From the IMG/VR virus record IMGVR_UViG_3300002056_000074: a stretch of 64,000 nucleotides of DNA. One strand, written 5' to 3'. Positions 9,555 through 19,552 of the stretch are shown piece by piece; position 1 is the stretch's first letter; every line of letters begins with the position of its first letter. The DNA comes from a virus. The notes beneath the pieces were generated by a model that had not been told where the DNA came from, searched no databases, and worked only from the letters and a program-made list of their open reading frames with translations. Position numbers and translations under genes: made by a program.

Positions 9555-10496
9555 TTATGAAATTGTTAACTCAGGATAAACTGTGTTAATGATCTCATTA
9601 TTGCAAAATATTTCATCGTTGTCAAAGAAAAGAGAGTTTGGATTTTTATCCACCATAACCCTTTCAATAATTTGTGAGCGAATTATGTCTGCACGATCAA
9701 AGGGTGAATTTGCCAATAAAATATGGGTTATTTCACTCGAAGAATTTTCTTCATTAAATGATATCGTGGTTCCAGATGCGATTAATGCTGTATTAAATCC
9801 AGATGCGAAAAAATTAGCAATTCCTACGTAGTACATTTTATTTCTAATAATAACACTTCTAATACCATTCCACGGAGAATTACTATTTATATTACTTAAT
9901 TCCAATGTTGCTCGCTCAACTCCTCCAGTCGGTGTTGTTATATTTAACGCAACAACATCATTATTTCGTGGCTCCTTTGTTAGAAAGGCAATAGTTCCAT
10001 GAATCAGTGATGTACTTATTTGTGTTTTATTGTTCGATATAACAGAGGAGTCTTGGGCAATGGGAACTATATTTGAAACTTCCCTAACATACATTTGTGC
10101 AGTTCCAGCGACTGATCGCCTGAATGTTAATGATATGGTATTTTTATCAATGAGTTTAACTGAAAATTCAGTATCTGGAATTATTTCTTTATCCACTCCA
10201 TAAACAGTGATGACTGGAAATGCATTCAAATTATGACTGATATACCAAACTTTTTGTTCAAACTGTTGAGAAAAATTTGAAAGTTTTCTTCTAGGTGAAA
10301 AATTTTCTAACCCAAACACCTCTTCAGTTGTGGATAGAAAGGGTGTAGTGGTCTTAAGAATATCTGAAATATACAATTTTCCACGACAATTTTTAGTAAT
10401 TATGCACCCACCCACAGTCTCCAAACCAAAACGATTTCGTTGTAGTTGGGTGGTTCTATCACAAACGTTACAGGTGTATACTACTATATCTCTCAT
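9555..10496 (-). CDS. Hypothetical protein, possibly structural
   Basis: 313-aa beta-rich ORF with N-terminal CxxC...C...C; CTAAATA upstream. Confidence 0.65.
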   Translation of the reverse strand: MRDIVVYTCNVCDRTTQLQRNRFGLETVGGCIITKNCRGKLYISDILKTTTPFLSTTEEVFGLENFSPRRKLSNFSQQFEQKVWYISHNLNAFPVITVYGVDKEIIPDTEFSVKLIDKNTISLTFRRSVAGTAQMYVREVSNIVPIAQDSSVISNNKTQISTSLIHGTIAFLTKEPRNNDVVALNITTPTGGVERATLELSNINSNSPWNGIRSVIIRNKMYYVGIANFFASGFNTALIASGTTISFNEENSSSEITHILLANSPFDRADIIRSQIIERVMVDKNPNSLFFDNDEIFCNNEIINTVYPELTIS

Positions 10497-10512
10497 CCAT
10501 CTATTTAGGTGT

Positions 10513-10845
10513 TTAGACGAGCGATATCGCAGATGTATCTTTTACAAAATTGTCATATAAATCATCTGACACATTCATGTGTTCAACCATGATAGCTGAT
10601 TTATAAATTTTCATCTCAACAGAAGCCTTAATATCAACAAACAATCCTTGATCTGTAACCATTAGTGGATGTGGTGCAATGTGCATTCCCTCAGCAGATT
10701 CTTTAATTCCTAAGATTCTTGGATGGGTTACGGTAAATGTCGTATCATCCTCACTTTCAATTCGAGCAATACATTCTTCACCTGTTGTGAGACGAAACAT
10801 CCTAACATCTACTGCTCTATTATTAATTTTTAGCATTACATACAC
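10513..10845 (-). CDS. Hypothetical Sm-like-fold protein
   Basis: FRLTTGEECIARI pattern typical of small T4-like phage proteins. Confidence 0.5.
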   Translation of the reverse strand: MYVMLKINNRAVDVRMFRLTTGEECIARIESEDDTTFTVTHPRILGIKESAEGMHIAPHPLMVTDQGLFVDIKASVEMKIYKSAIMVEHMNVSDDLYDNFVKDTSAISLV

Positions 10846-11393
10846 TCCAATAGTTGTTTATATGGGACATTAGCTCGCACCACATAAAAGTAGGGTATAT
10901 TATATATGATGATTTCTACTTTATCAAGTATTGCCTTTTCGAGATCAACTTGCTGATAATTATACTGTATTAAATCTCTAAACATACTTTCTGAAGTTGC
11001 CTCATTTTTCATCATATTTTGCATTTCGGTAAGTGTTGTACCATATTGATTTTTAGAATTTTTGATGTTGGGTGAATATAAAAATTTAAATCCGTCAATT
11101 GGAAAAACGTAAAACATTTCATCTAAAATATTTTTATAATCATCATTTATAATAATTGATCGACTACGAATAGAGGGATATTCTACACTAAACACTCTAT
11201 TAAATAATTCATTGAATTTGATGTTGTCGCGGTGTTTCCGCTTTCTAACCTTTACTTTATGTAGATTGGGATATTCAGTTGAGCAATATTTCAACAGGGG
11301 GAGTCCACCAGACTCCTCTAGGAATTGTTGGCACTCTAATGATATTTTTTTATAGTCATCAGTATTAGTACGGGTGACATTATGAAGTTTCAT
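10836..11393 (-). CDS. Hypothetical protein
   Basis: 185-aa ORF, translationally coupled. Confidence 0.65.
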   Translation of the reverse strand: MKLHNVTRTNTDDYKKISLECQQFLEESGGLPLLKYCSTEYPNLHKVKVRKRKHRDNIKFNELFNRVFSVEYPSIRSRSIIINDDYKNILDEMFYVFPIDGFKFLYSPNIKNSKNQYGTTLTEMQNMMKNEATSESMFRDLIQYNYQQVDLEKAILDKVEIIIYNIPYFYVVRANVPYKQLLECM

Positions 11394-11629
11394 TTATCTT
11401 TTATTGGATTTATTGAGATATTTTTTCTCATATAGTATTCATCATATTCAATTTTCAATACAGTGGCAATACCACCCACTGCGGCGGCTGCGAGAATGCT
11501 AGGGGATAGAAAATAAACATTTGCGATGAATACACCATATATCGATATTCCAATCAAGACTAATAAGAATGCTATCACTAAGTAACTTATAATTGTAATG
11601 TGAAAAAATCTATAAAATAAAAATTTCAT
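11390..11629 (-). CDS. Two-TM membrane protein (paralog 1)
   Basis: Two hydrophobic segments followed by EYDEYYMRK. Confidence 0.7.
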   Translation of the reverse strand: MKFLFYRFFHITIISYLVIAFLLVLIGISIYGVFIANVYFLSPSILAAAAVGGIATVLKIEYDEYYMRKNISINPIKDK

Positions 11630-11883
11630 TGTAATTTTCTCGTTGAAATTACTACAGGTGTATTGGGGTATTTTTTTCTCATGTGATATTCATCATATTC
11701 AAAATGTAATATTCCCGCCATACCACCCAAACATCCTGATATAAGTAGAGTTGGAAAGAAGAAAAATATATCTTCGATAAAAATTGCATGAAGTGATAAT
11801 CCAACTAGAAATAAAAGAAATGCAACTGCTCCGTAACTTACAACCATAATTTGAAAAAATCGCCGACTTAAAATATCATACAT
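11626..11883 (-). CDS. Two-TM membrane protein (paralog 2)
   Basis: Two hydrophobic segments followed by EYDEYHMRK. Confidence 0.7.
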   Translation of the reverse strand: MYDILSRRFFQIMVVSYGAVAFLLFLVGLSLHAIFIEDIFFFFPTLLISGCLGGMAGILHFEYDEYHMRKKYPNTPVVISTRKLQ

Positions 11884-11935
11884 TGGATTGCTTACCTAGA
11901 TTAATTGATTTAGGATTATAGCACAATGTTTCTGG

Positions 11936-12118
11936 TTATACGACTTCCGATCCAGTAGGTTGTGTGATGGACTGCTTCATTTCAGTCAATACTCGAAGTG
12001 TTATCGCATAAATTTCTTGCTCATTTATATCTTCCTTGAGATATGGTCGTAGTTCATCTACCATACCAATAAGATTGAATTCGAGATAGTTCATTAGTGC
12101 TAATTCTTGTCGAGTCAT
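11936..12118 (-). CDS. Hypothetical protein
   Basis: 60-aa ORF with AGAGGA RBS. Confidence 0.6.
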   Translation of the reverse strand: MTRQELALMNYLEFNLIGMVDELRPYLKEDINEQEIYAITLRVLTEMKQSITQPTGSEVV

Positions 12119-12264
12119 TTTGTTGTCCTCTTGAGAATTATTTATGTGATTGATGTCATATTTTAAAAAAATAAAAGACGTGACAAACTACGCATAAATC
12201 TTTATGATGGTTGCTAAATATTCAAACAAAAATATTACACACAAAAAACGAGGAAGTATTTCGT

Positions 12265-15200
12265 ATGACAAACAAAGCCCCAACTACAATTTTTAAAAAC
12301 AGTTTTTCGGAAGAAATTTGGGATAGTACATATCAATATTATAAAGATGATAACGTAGATGACACCATGTATCGTGTTGCCAGAGGGATTGCAGAAGGTG
12401 AATATACCGAAGAGGCAAAAAAATTATGGACTGAAGAATTTTTTGAGATGTTATCAGAGTTTAAGGGTACTACGGGTGGTCGAATTTATGCGAACGCTGG
12501 TACAGAAAGTAAAGGGACTACACTTTTCAATTGTATTAGTGGTGAAACATTAGTTCAAACTGATAATGGATTAATCAGGGCTGATGAAATTCCACAAAAT
12601 AAAATTATTAATGTTCTAACTGAAAATAGTAAATATGAGCCATCAACATGGAATTCTTATGGCCAGCAAAGTTTATATAAAGTAATTTTTAATACGGGTG
12701 ATTATGTTTACGCTACCGATAAACATGAATGGGTAGTTACCATTGGTAATGGCAAGACGAAAAAAACTACGACATTAGATTTAGTTGGAAATAATATTCC
12801 GCTCATTGGAAATGACAAATATGAATATTTGTCAGATGATGAATACATTAAAGGCATACAAAATGGATTGATGTTTGGTGATGGTTATGTATATACCCAT
12901 CTTTCATTAGGTGAAAAATTTTCCAAATTACCACAGTTTGGAGATAGCCGTCACTTAATTCAAGATTATTTTGGTCATTGTTGTATTGCACCATATAATG
13001 GTGATGATGAAGGTATGCATTATGTCAATGGATTGCCCCCCGAATTAAAAGAAGTACCAATAGTTGAAAATCATTCGATGGATTATTTGAGAGGGTTTAT
13101 TGCTGGTGCAATTGGAGCAGATGGATGTGTTGATTCTCGTGGCTCAGTTTCTCTTTTTAGTGCCAATTATGATAAATTAACCACTATTCGAAATATTGCA
13201 TCGCATTGTGGTTTACCTTCGATCTCTTTGCGATTAGAAAGATCAAATATAGCATATGATGGAACTGAAAAAATGGGTAGTAATTTATGGAAATTAACAT
13301 TTGTTAAGAAATTTTTTCAGAACGATGAAAAATTAATAATAAAAAATGCACATAAAGAAAAAATGCAAAATTCACCAGTGTCGAAAAATAAAACATCAAT
13401 AAAATGCATCAGTGTTGAAGAAACAGACCGATTTGAAGAAGTATATTGTTGTGAACAAGAATCAACTCATACATTCACTATTGAAAATGGAATTTTAACA
13501 GGAAATTGTTTTGTTGGAGGATTGACCAAAGATCCAGATTCTATTGAAGGAATTATGACACATCTTAAATGGCAATCTAAAACTCTATGCTCAGAAGGTG
13601 GCTGGGGAGAGAATTTCTCGTATATTAGACCCCGAGGCGCGTTTATTCATGGTATTAATGTTGAGTCTCCGGGTGTTGTTAAATTCATGGAAATGTTTGA
13701 TTCTTCTTCTGATGTAATTACATCAGGCTCTGGATTGGTAAGTAAAAATCCCAAAGCTAAGAAAAAGATAAGAAAAGGTGCTCAAATGGCTATTCTTTCT
13801 ATATGGCACCCGTCAATTTTTGAATTTATTTCAGCCAAACAAAATCAAGGCAAATTAACTAAATTTAATATGTCAGTTGATTGCTCTGATGAGTTTATGC
13901 AAAAAATTATCAAAGTTAAAGAATTGCAATCACAACTGAATGATGATATGAGTGAAGAAGATCTCATGGAATTAAAAGCGAAAATTGCTGAGGAAGATAA
14001 ATGGGATTTAGTTTTCCCTGATACTCAAGATCCACAATATAAACAAATATGGGATGGAGATATTCAAACGTGGAAAAGTGCTGGTGGAAAAATTGACGTT
14101 TATGAAACAGTATCTGCAACTGACCTATGGAATGCAATCACAGATAAAACTTATAATAGAGCAGAACCGGGAATTTTATTTCTGGACAGAGCTAATGCAT
14201 TGGCTCCAGCTACCTACCATCCAGAAGAACGCCTTCGAGCAAGTAATCCTTGTGCTGAACAGATCATGAGTGCGTTTTCCATCTGCTGCTTAGGAAGTAT
14301 AAACTTAACTCAAATGCTAAATGATAATTTTACTGATTTCGATTATGATAAAGTAGCTCGAACTGCAAAAACAATGGTAAGATTTTTAGATAATGTAAAT
14401 AATGTATCTAAAACACCACTACCACAATACGATCATTCGCGTGATCACAAACGAAGAATTGGTGTTGGTGTACTTGGTTGGGGTTCAGCCCTTCTGATGT
14501 TGAAGACCAAATTTGCATCTCCGAAAGCATTAGAGCTTCAAGAAAAATTAATGTCTTTAATTGCCAGATCTTCATACGAAGCTTCAATCGATCTAGCGAT
14601 TGAGCGAGGTATGTATACTAATTGTATCCCCGCGAAGCACGCGGAGGAGATATTTGTAAAAAGGCTCAATTTATCAGACGAATACATGGAAAAACTTCGC
14701 ACAACTGGAATTCGAAATAGTTCAATTTTGTCAATACAACCTACGGGCAACACTGGTATATTTGCCAACAATGTTTCTGGTGGCCTTGAACCAGTTTTTA
14801 TGCATGAATACATTCGAACTGTGATTGTTAATTCAATGCCCGATGATATTGCACACGCATGTCCAAAGTGGTATCAAGGTGAATGGTATGAGACTGAAAT
14901 TTTTAAGAAAGCAAAGGAAGGTGATGAAGATATTCTCAAGGGTGTTGGACCTGACGGAACAGTTTATAAAATTGATGTCAATCGTGGCCTAACCAAAGAG
15001 GTACTTTGTGAGGATTATGGTGTGGCTGAACTAAAGAAGCGCGGAGAATGGAATCCAGATGCTGATTGGGCTAGTTCCACTATGGATCTTAGTGTACAAG
15101 ATCATCTAAATGATATGTCAGGATTTGCAAAATATATTGATTCTAGCATGTCAAAAACCATCAATGTACCAAATGATTACTCATTTGAAGATTTTCAGAA

Positions 15201-15858
15201 TGTATATCTAGATGGTTACAAGACTGGTAATATTCGCGGAATCACTACCTATCGTGATGGGTCTATGACTTCAGTTTTATCTGCTGCTGAAGAGAAAACT
15301 ATTGAAGGAGAAGAAGAGATCATTCTTGATGATGTCAAACTACCAGAAAGTTCTCCAGCCGAAATTAAAATTCTTCGAGCAGAAGGCAAAAAATATTACG
15401 TAACTACCAGTTTTTTTCCAGAAACAAATCGACCATTTGCTATGTTTGTTAAATCAAACTATATTGAAAAATCAGTAGTTGCTGACGAAGCAGTTGAATT
15501 ACTTATTGAATTAGCAGAATCGAAGGGAATCCCATCTGCTTATATTCAAGATCAAGTCAAGAAAATGGTGAATGATAATAATATCAATAAGGTTGCCCGC
15601 GCAATTTCTCTATGTCTTCGTCACGGGGTGCTGATTCGTAATATTGTATTAACTCTTGAAAAATCCGAAACTGCCGTCATTGGATCATTCACACATGCCA
15701 TCAAGCGACATTTATTAAATTATGTTAAAGACGGAGAAACTGTAGAAGTAGGGGATGTGATGAAAGACACATTATGTGGAGAAGCTTGTAGTGGAATTAT
15801 GAAATTTGAGGCAGGGTGCGCAGTTTGCACAACTTGTGGGCTTGGTGCATGTAATTAA
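12265..15858 (+). CDS. nrdJ: Class II (B12-dependent) ribonucleotide reductase with intein
   Basis: GGRIYANAG..TLFNC, SNPCAEQ, CCLGSINL, IQPTGN motifs; C-terminal TSCPD-like domain ending in CxxCxxCG; likely start MTNK at 12265 with GAGGA RBS; no nrdB in window. Confidence 0.85.
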   Translation: MTNKAPTTIFKNSFSEEIWDSTYQYYKDDNVDDTMYRVARGIAEGEYTEEAKKLWTEEFFEMLSEFKGTTGGRIYANAGTESKGTTLFNCISGETLVQTDNGLIRADEIPQNKIINVLTENSKYEPSTWNSYGQQSLYKVIFNTGDYVYATDKHEWVVTIGNGKTKKTTTLDLVGNNIPLIGNDKYEYLSDDEYIKGIQNGLMFGDGYVYTHLSLGEKFSKLPQFGDSRHLIQDYFGHCCIAPYNGDDEGMHYVNGLPPELKEVPIVENHSMDYLRGFIAGAIGADGCVDSRGSVSLFSANYDKLTTIRNIASHCGLPSISLRLERSNIAYDGTEKMGSNLWKLTFVKKFFQNDEKLIIKNAHKEKMQNSPVSKNKTSIKCISVEETDRFEEVYCCEQESTHTFTIENGILTGNCFVGGLTKDPDSIEGIMTHLKWQSKTLCSEGGWGENFSYIRPRGAFIHGINVESPGVVKFMEMFDSSSDVITSGSGLVSKNPKAKKKIRKGAQMAILSIWHPSIFEFISAKQNQGKLTKFNMSVDCSDEFMQKIIKVKELQSQLNDDMSEEDLMELKAKIAEEDKWDLVFPDTQDPQYKQIWDGDIQTWKSAGGKIDVYETVSATDLWNAITDKTYNRAEPGILFLDRANALAPATYHPEERLRASNPCAEQIMSAFSICCLGSINLTQMLNDNFTDFDYDKVARTAKTMVRFLDNVNNVSKTPLPQYDHSRDHKRRIGVGVLGWGSALLMLKTKFASPKALELQEKLMSLIARSSYEASIDLAIERGMYTNCIPAKHAEEIFVKRLNLSDEYMEKLRTTGIRNSSILSIQPTGNTGIFANNVSGGLEPVFMHEYIRTVIVNSMPDDIAHACPKWYQGEWYETEIFKKAKEGDEDILKGVGPDGTVYKIDVNRGLTKEVLCEDYGVAELKKRGEWNPDADWASSTMDLSVQDHLNDMSGFAKYIDSSMSKTINVPNDYSFEDFQNVYLDGYKTGNIRGITTYRDGSMTSVLSAAEEKTIEGEEEIILDDVKLPESSPAEIKILRAEGKKYYVTTSFFPETNRPFAMFVKSNYIEKSVVADEAVELLIELAESKGIPSAYIQDQVKKMVNDNNINKVARAISLCLRHGVLIRNIVLTLEKSETAVIGSFTHAIKRHLLNYVKDGETVEVGDVMKDTLCGEACSGIMKFEAGCAVCTTCGLGACN
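12532..13506 (+). mobile_element. Intein (325 aa) with LAGLIDADG homing endonuclease in NrdJ
   Basis: Starts CISGETLV, ends IENGILTGN|C; LAGLIDADG blocks GLMFGDG and GFIAGAIGADG; extein junction TLFN/CFVG. Confidence 0.92.
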
Positions 15859-15918
15859 TACTTTTTAAAATAATATGTGTTATAATACATTAATATTAAA
15901 ATTTAAATAGTTTAATTC

Positions 15919-17619
15919 ATGCCAAAAAAGGTAAATATTGAGAAAATGATCGCCGATGCAATAGAGTATCATGGTGATCATTATTCTTTTGAAAATTTCA
16001 CATATAGTGGAAATAAAAAATTTTGCACTATAACATGTAAATATCATGGTGATTTTCAAATTCGAGCAGGGCAATTTTTCAATCCATCCTCTCTAACTGG
16101 GTGTAGAAAATGTGGAATTATAAAAAATTCAAAATCTAAAAAATTGGATAGGGAAGAGGTATTTGATCGAATATATAAAAAATTTAATAATGCGTTTAAT
16201 ATAGATACTGAGTCATATACTTTGGTTAATTCACCATTAACATGCATCTGCCCTAAACATGGGGAGTTTGTTACTAGCGCAAATAGATTATTAAATCCTA
16301 AAATGAAATATGGGTGCAATTATTGTGCAACAGAACATGGATCTAAGAAGTTAAAATTATCAGATTCGGTACTTGAAGAAAGGTTGTTGGGAAAATATCC
16401 GTCATTTAAATTTGATATGAGTACTTATACTGCTGTCAATAAAAATATTAAATATGTATGTCCCGATCATGGAATAATGTTCTCAACGCCAAAAAATTTA
16501 TTACGTGATGATGTTAAACATGGGTGTATAAAATGTAGCCATGATTCAAATGCAGAAAAATTATTATTAACGGCTGATCAAATAAACGAACGTTTGATTA
16601 ATCGATTTAATGGAAAGATTAAATTTTTAAAATTTCCCAAAAACGATGATGGAATGCATACATTCGAGTGTTTACATCATGGAAAATTTGAAAATTTATT
16701 ATTTAATGTATTACAACCAAATAATGTTCATGGATGTAGAAAATGTTCTCGAATGGGAAATTCTAAATTTGAGGAGGGTATTAAATTATACTTATCTCAA
16801 ATATCACACTCAATCCAACGAGGAAATAGGAAAGTAATAAAACCACAAGAATTAGATTTTGTTTTAAATAACGAAATAGCAATTGAGTGTAACGGAAATT
16901 ATTGGCATTCAGAATTACAGGGGAAAGCGAAAAACTACCATTTAAATAAAACAGAAAAATGTAATGAATCTAATATTCGATTGATACATATTAGAGAGGA
17001 TGAATGGGAACATAAATCTGATATTGTTAAATCTCGCTTATCAAATATTTTACACTCAGATAATATAAAAAAATATCATGCTAGAAAACTAATAGTTAAA
17101 ATAGTCTCTAAGAAAAATGAAATGCAGTTTTTGGTCGATAATCACATACAAGGAAAATGCCCAAGTTCATTGGCCATAGGGTTATACGATGGAGTTGAAT
17201 TACTATCTATTATGACTTTTGGTAAATCAAGGTTTAATAAGAATTATGAATATGAACTTATTAGATTTTGCTCTAAAAATTTTACTTTGGTTCGGGGAGC
17301 TGCCAGTAGGTTATTTTCATATTTCATAAAAAATTATGATCCTAAGTCTATAGTGTCTTACTCTGATAGAGCGTGGAATACCGGAAAGTTATATGAATCT
17401 TTAGGATTTGAATTTAGTCATAACTCAACACCCAATTATAAATATTTTCATAGAAGTAGCGTATTACATTTAATGTCTAGACAAAAATTCCAAAAACATA
17501 AACTATCGAATATTCTAGAACATTATGATTCTAATAAGACCGAATGGGAAAATATGCAAGATAATAATTATGATAGAATTTGGGATTGTGGAAATTCGGT
17601 ATATGTATGGATGAAATAA
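15919..17619 (+). CDS. Homing endonuclease-like protein (CxxHG zinc-ribbon repeats, PD-(D/E)XK domain, C-terminal Hef-like domain)
   Basis: Repeated C..HG.F...L....GC..C units; ELDF..IAIECNGNYWH; C-terminal YDRIWDCG. Confidence 0.8.
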   Translation: MPKKVNIEKMIADAIEYHGDHYSFENFTYSGNKKFCTITCKYHGDFQIRAGQFFNPSSLTGCRKCGIIKNSKSKKLDREEVFDRIYKKFNNAFNIDTESYTLVNSPLTCICPKHGEFVTSANRLLNPKMKYGCNYCATEHGSKKLKLSDSVLEERLLGKYPSFKFDMSTYTAVNKNIKYVCPDHGIMFSTPKNLLRDDVKHGCIKCSHDSNAEKLLLTADQINERLINRFNGKIKFLKFPKNDDGMHTFECLHHGKFENLLFNVLQPNNVHGCRKCSRMGNSKFEEGIKLYLSQISHSIQRGNRKVIKPQELDFVLNNEIAIECNGNYWHSELQGKAKNYHLNKTEKCNESNIRLIHIREDEWEHKSDIVKSRLSNILHSDNIKKYHARKLIVKIVSKKNEMQFLVDNHIQGKCPSSLAIGLYDGVELLSIMTFGKSRFNKNYEYELIRFCSKNFTLVRGAASRLFSYFIKNYDPKSIVSYSDRAWNTGKLYESLGFEFSHNSTPNYKYFHRSSVLHLMSRQKFQKHKLSNILEHYDSNKTEWENMQDNNYDRIWDCGNSVYVWMK

Positions 17620-17634
17620 AACAATTTAAATTTT

Positions 17635-18837
17635 TTGAAAAGTATTTTAATGCCTACTAAAAAACTAACCTTTGATACCTTTATAGAACGTGCTGTTGAG
17701 AAACACGGCACGTTCTATGATTATTCTAAAATACAACTTACAGATTCAGGACATATTATATCAACAAAAAAGAAGGTTGATATAATATGTCCATTACATG
17801 GACCGTTTAAACAAACTCCAGCCAACCATTTTAAATCAACGTGTAAACAATGCTCGTTTGGGCACAGGTCATATACATCTTCTTCATTTATTGAAAAGTT
17901 GAAAACTTTATACGGCACAAAATATAATTATGATTTAGTCAAATTTGAGAATTATGATACTAAAATTATATTAATATGTAATAAACACGACACACGAATA
18001 AAAGTATCCGCCAAGGGTGCATTAACCAAACCACAATACATAAGATGTTCTTCGTGTAGAAACGAATTATACAAAAAACAAGAAGTTTCTATTGATAAAA
18101 TAAAACAGATACATGGTGATGATATTGATTTAAGTAGATTTGTTTTCAACGGAATCAGAAATAAATCTACGTTTGGATGTGAAGTACATGGATGGTTTGA
18201 TAGGGTTCTGTGTGACATAATTGCTGGCGCGGGTTGTCCAAAATGTGGGGTTGAGAATAAGCATAATAAATTTAGATTATCCAAACGGGAGATGTTGGGT
18301 AGATGTAGAATTATACATGGGGAGAAATATAATTACGATTTTTCAAATTATTATAATCTTAAATCTAGTATTTCTATAAAATGTCCTGAGCATGGAAATT
18401 TCAATCAGACAATTGAAACCCATTTAAATGGGTCAGGATGTCCCCTTTGCGCTAAATCTGGTAATATATCTGAATTAGAAATTTTTAATTATTTACTTGA
18501 ATATTTTGGTGATGATGCACAAATAATTAATGGAATAAGGCCAATATTTTACGAACATACAAATTCTTTTTTGGAACTTGATATATATTTTCCCGAACAT
18601 AAATTAGCAATTGAATATAACGGCCATCAACATTATCATAAAGACTCATATTTTAATCGAATATCAAAATCAAAAACATCAATATTTGATCGAGATGAAT
18701 ATAAGCGTCAATGGTGTGAAGAGCGTAATATAAAACTTATAGAAATACCCTATTGGGAGTTTTCTATGCAACATACCAAACAAGAGCGAGATGAATATCT
18801 TGAAGATTTGACAACACTACTTGAAGAATATTTATAA
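17635..18837 (+). CDS. Homing endonuclease-like protein (zinc-ribbon repeats plus PD-(D/E)XK)
   Basis: ICPLHGPF, CPEHGNF..HLNGSGCPLC; LELDIYFP..LAIEYNGHQH. Confidence 0.8.
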   Translation: MKSILMPTKKLTFDTFIERAVEKHGTFYDYSKIQLTDSGHIISTKKKVDIICPLHGPFKQTPANHFKSTCKQCSFGHRSYTSSSFIEKLKTLYGTKYNYDLVKFENYDTKIILICNKHDTRIKVSAKGALTKPQYIRCSSCRNELYKKQEVSIDKIKQIHGDDIDLSRFVFNGIRNKSTFGCEVHGWFDRVLCDIIAGAGCPKCGVENKHNKFRLSKREMLGRCRIIHGEKYNYDFSNYYNLKSSISIKCPEHGNFNQTIETHLNGSGCPLCAKSGNISELEIFNYLLEYFGDDAQIINGIRPIFYEHTNSFLELDIYFPEHKLAIEYNGHQHYHKDSYFNRISKSKTSIFDRDEYKRQWCEERNIKLIEIPYWEFSMQHTKQERDEYLEDLTTLLEEYL

Positions 18838-19025
18838 TGAATGAAATAAAATCCCCATGCATCAACATATGCAAGATAGAAATTATCAATAATGAAAAAA
18901 CTTGTGTTGGATGTTACCGAACCTTAGAACAGATTCGAGATTGGGGATTGTATTCAGATGCGGAGCGTGATAAAATTATTGAAGAACTAAAACCTAATGA
19001 ATGCCGTGGTAATATCTATAAATAA
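18837..19025 (+). CDS. DUF1289-family small Cys-rich protein
   Basis: SPCINICKI...CVGCYRTLEQIRDW. Confidence 0.75.
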   Translation: MNEIKSPCINICKIEIINNEKTCVGCYRTLEQIRDWGLYSDAERDKIIEELKPNECRGNIYK

Positions 19026-19036
19026 TGATCAAATAA

Positions 19037-19112
19037 CTGGGTATAGCTCAGTCTGGCCAGAGTGCCGCTCTTGGAGTGCGGAAGTTCGCAGGTTCAAATC
19101 CTGCTACCCAGA
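19037..19112 (+). tRNA. trnP: tRNA-Pro(UGG)
   Basis: Acceptor CTGGGTA/TACCCAG, D arm GCTC/GAGT, anticodon loop CTTGGAG, T arm GCAGG-TTCAAAT-CCTGC; CCA not encoded. Confidence 0.92.
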
Positions 19113-19119
19113 CATTCGA

Positions 19120-19146
19120 ATGGGGAGCCTTAGCTCCCCATTTTTT
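19120..19146 (+). terminator. Rho-independent terminator after tRNA
   Basis: ATGGGGAGC-CTTA-GCTCCCCAT followed by T run. Confidence 0.8.
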
Positions 19147-19205
19147 AAATTTTACCCCCTTAGAATCTTAAAAATAATAAATAGAGTCATACTGAGGGGA
19201 AAATT

Positions 19206-19415
19206 ATGCCACGCATCACAACCACAAAAAGTATTTCGAAAACTGGAAATATTGTTACCGTCACTATGGATAATGATGATGTATACACCACCGATTTATC
19301 TGATTCGGTCATGACTATTAAGGACGCCACTGGCTCAGTGGTGACTCCTGCTAAAAATACCACCATTTATAAGAACGTAGAAACGGCATTTAATGTCATG
19401 CAAAAAATCAATTAA
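19206..19415 (+). CDS. Hypothetical protein
   Basis: 69-aa ORF with GAGGGG RBS; ATAAATA upstream. Confidence 0.6.
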   Translation: MPRITTTKSISKTGNIVTVTMDNDDVYTTDLSDSVMTIKDATGSVVTPAKNTTIYKNVETAFNVMQKIN

Positions 19416-19468
19416 AGTTATCGGCTAGCAGTAGGAATCCCCCGTCTTTAGGCGTGGGGAGATGTCAA
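19416..19468 (+). mobile_element. IS200/IS605-family right-end remnant
   Basis: GAAT guide, CCCC..GGGG hairpin and terminal TCAA (IS608-type RE layout); preceded by TTAA. Confidence 0.75.
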
Positions 19469-19552
19469 TCAGGTTTCGTGATCGAATAGTATTTAATTTG
19501 TAATTTTTGGTGTATAATCCTCAATCACATTTTAAAATTGGGGATGTCAATA

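Noticed and set aside
12265-15858. Class Ia nrdA call
   Set aside because: There is no N-terminal ATP cone, no adjacent nrdB and no C-terminal tyrosine pair; the C-terminal TSCPD-like/zinc-finger region fits NrdJ better.
18997-19314. 105-aa ORF
   Set aside because: It runs through tRNA-Pro and its terminator and is spurious.
19540-19550. GGGGATGTCAA resembling a second IS605 right end
   Set aside because: There is no preceding GAAT hairpin; it doubles as the oxidase RBS.
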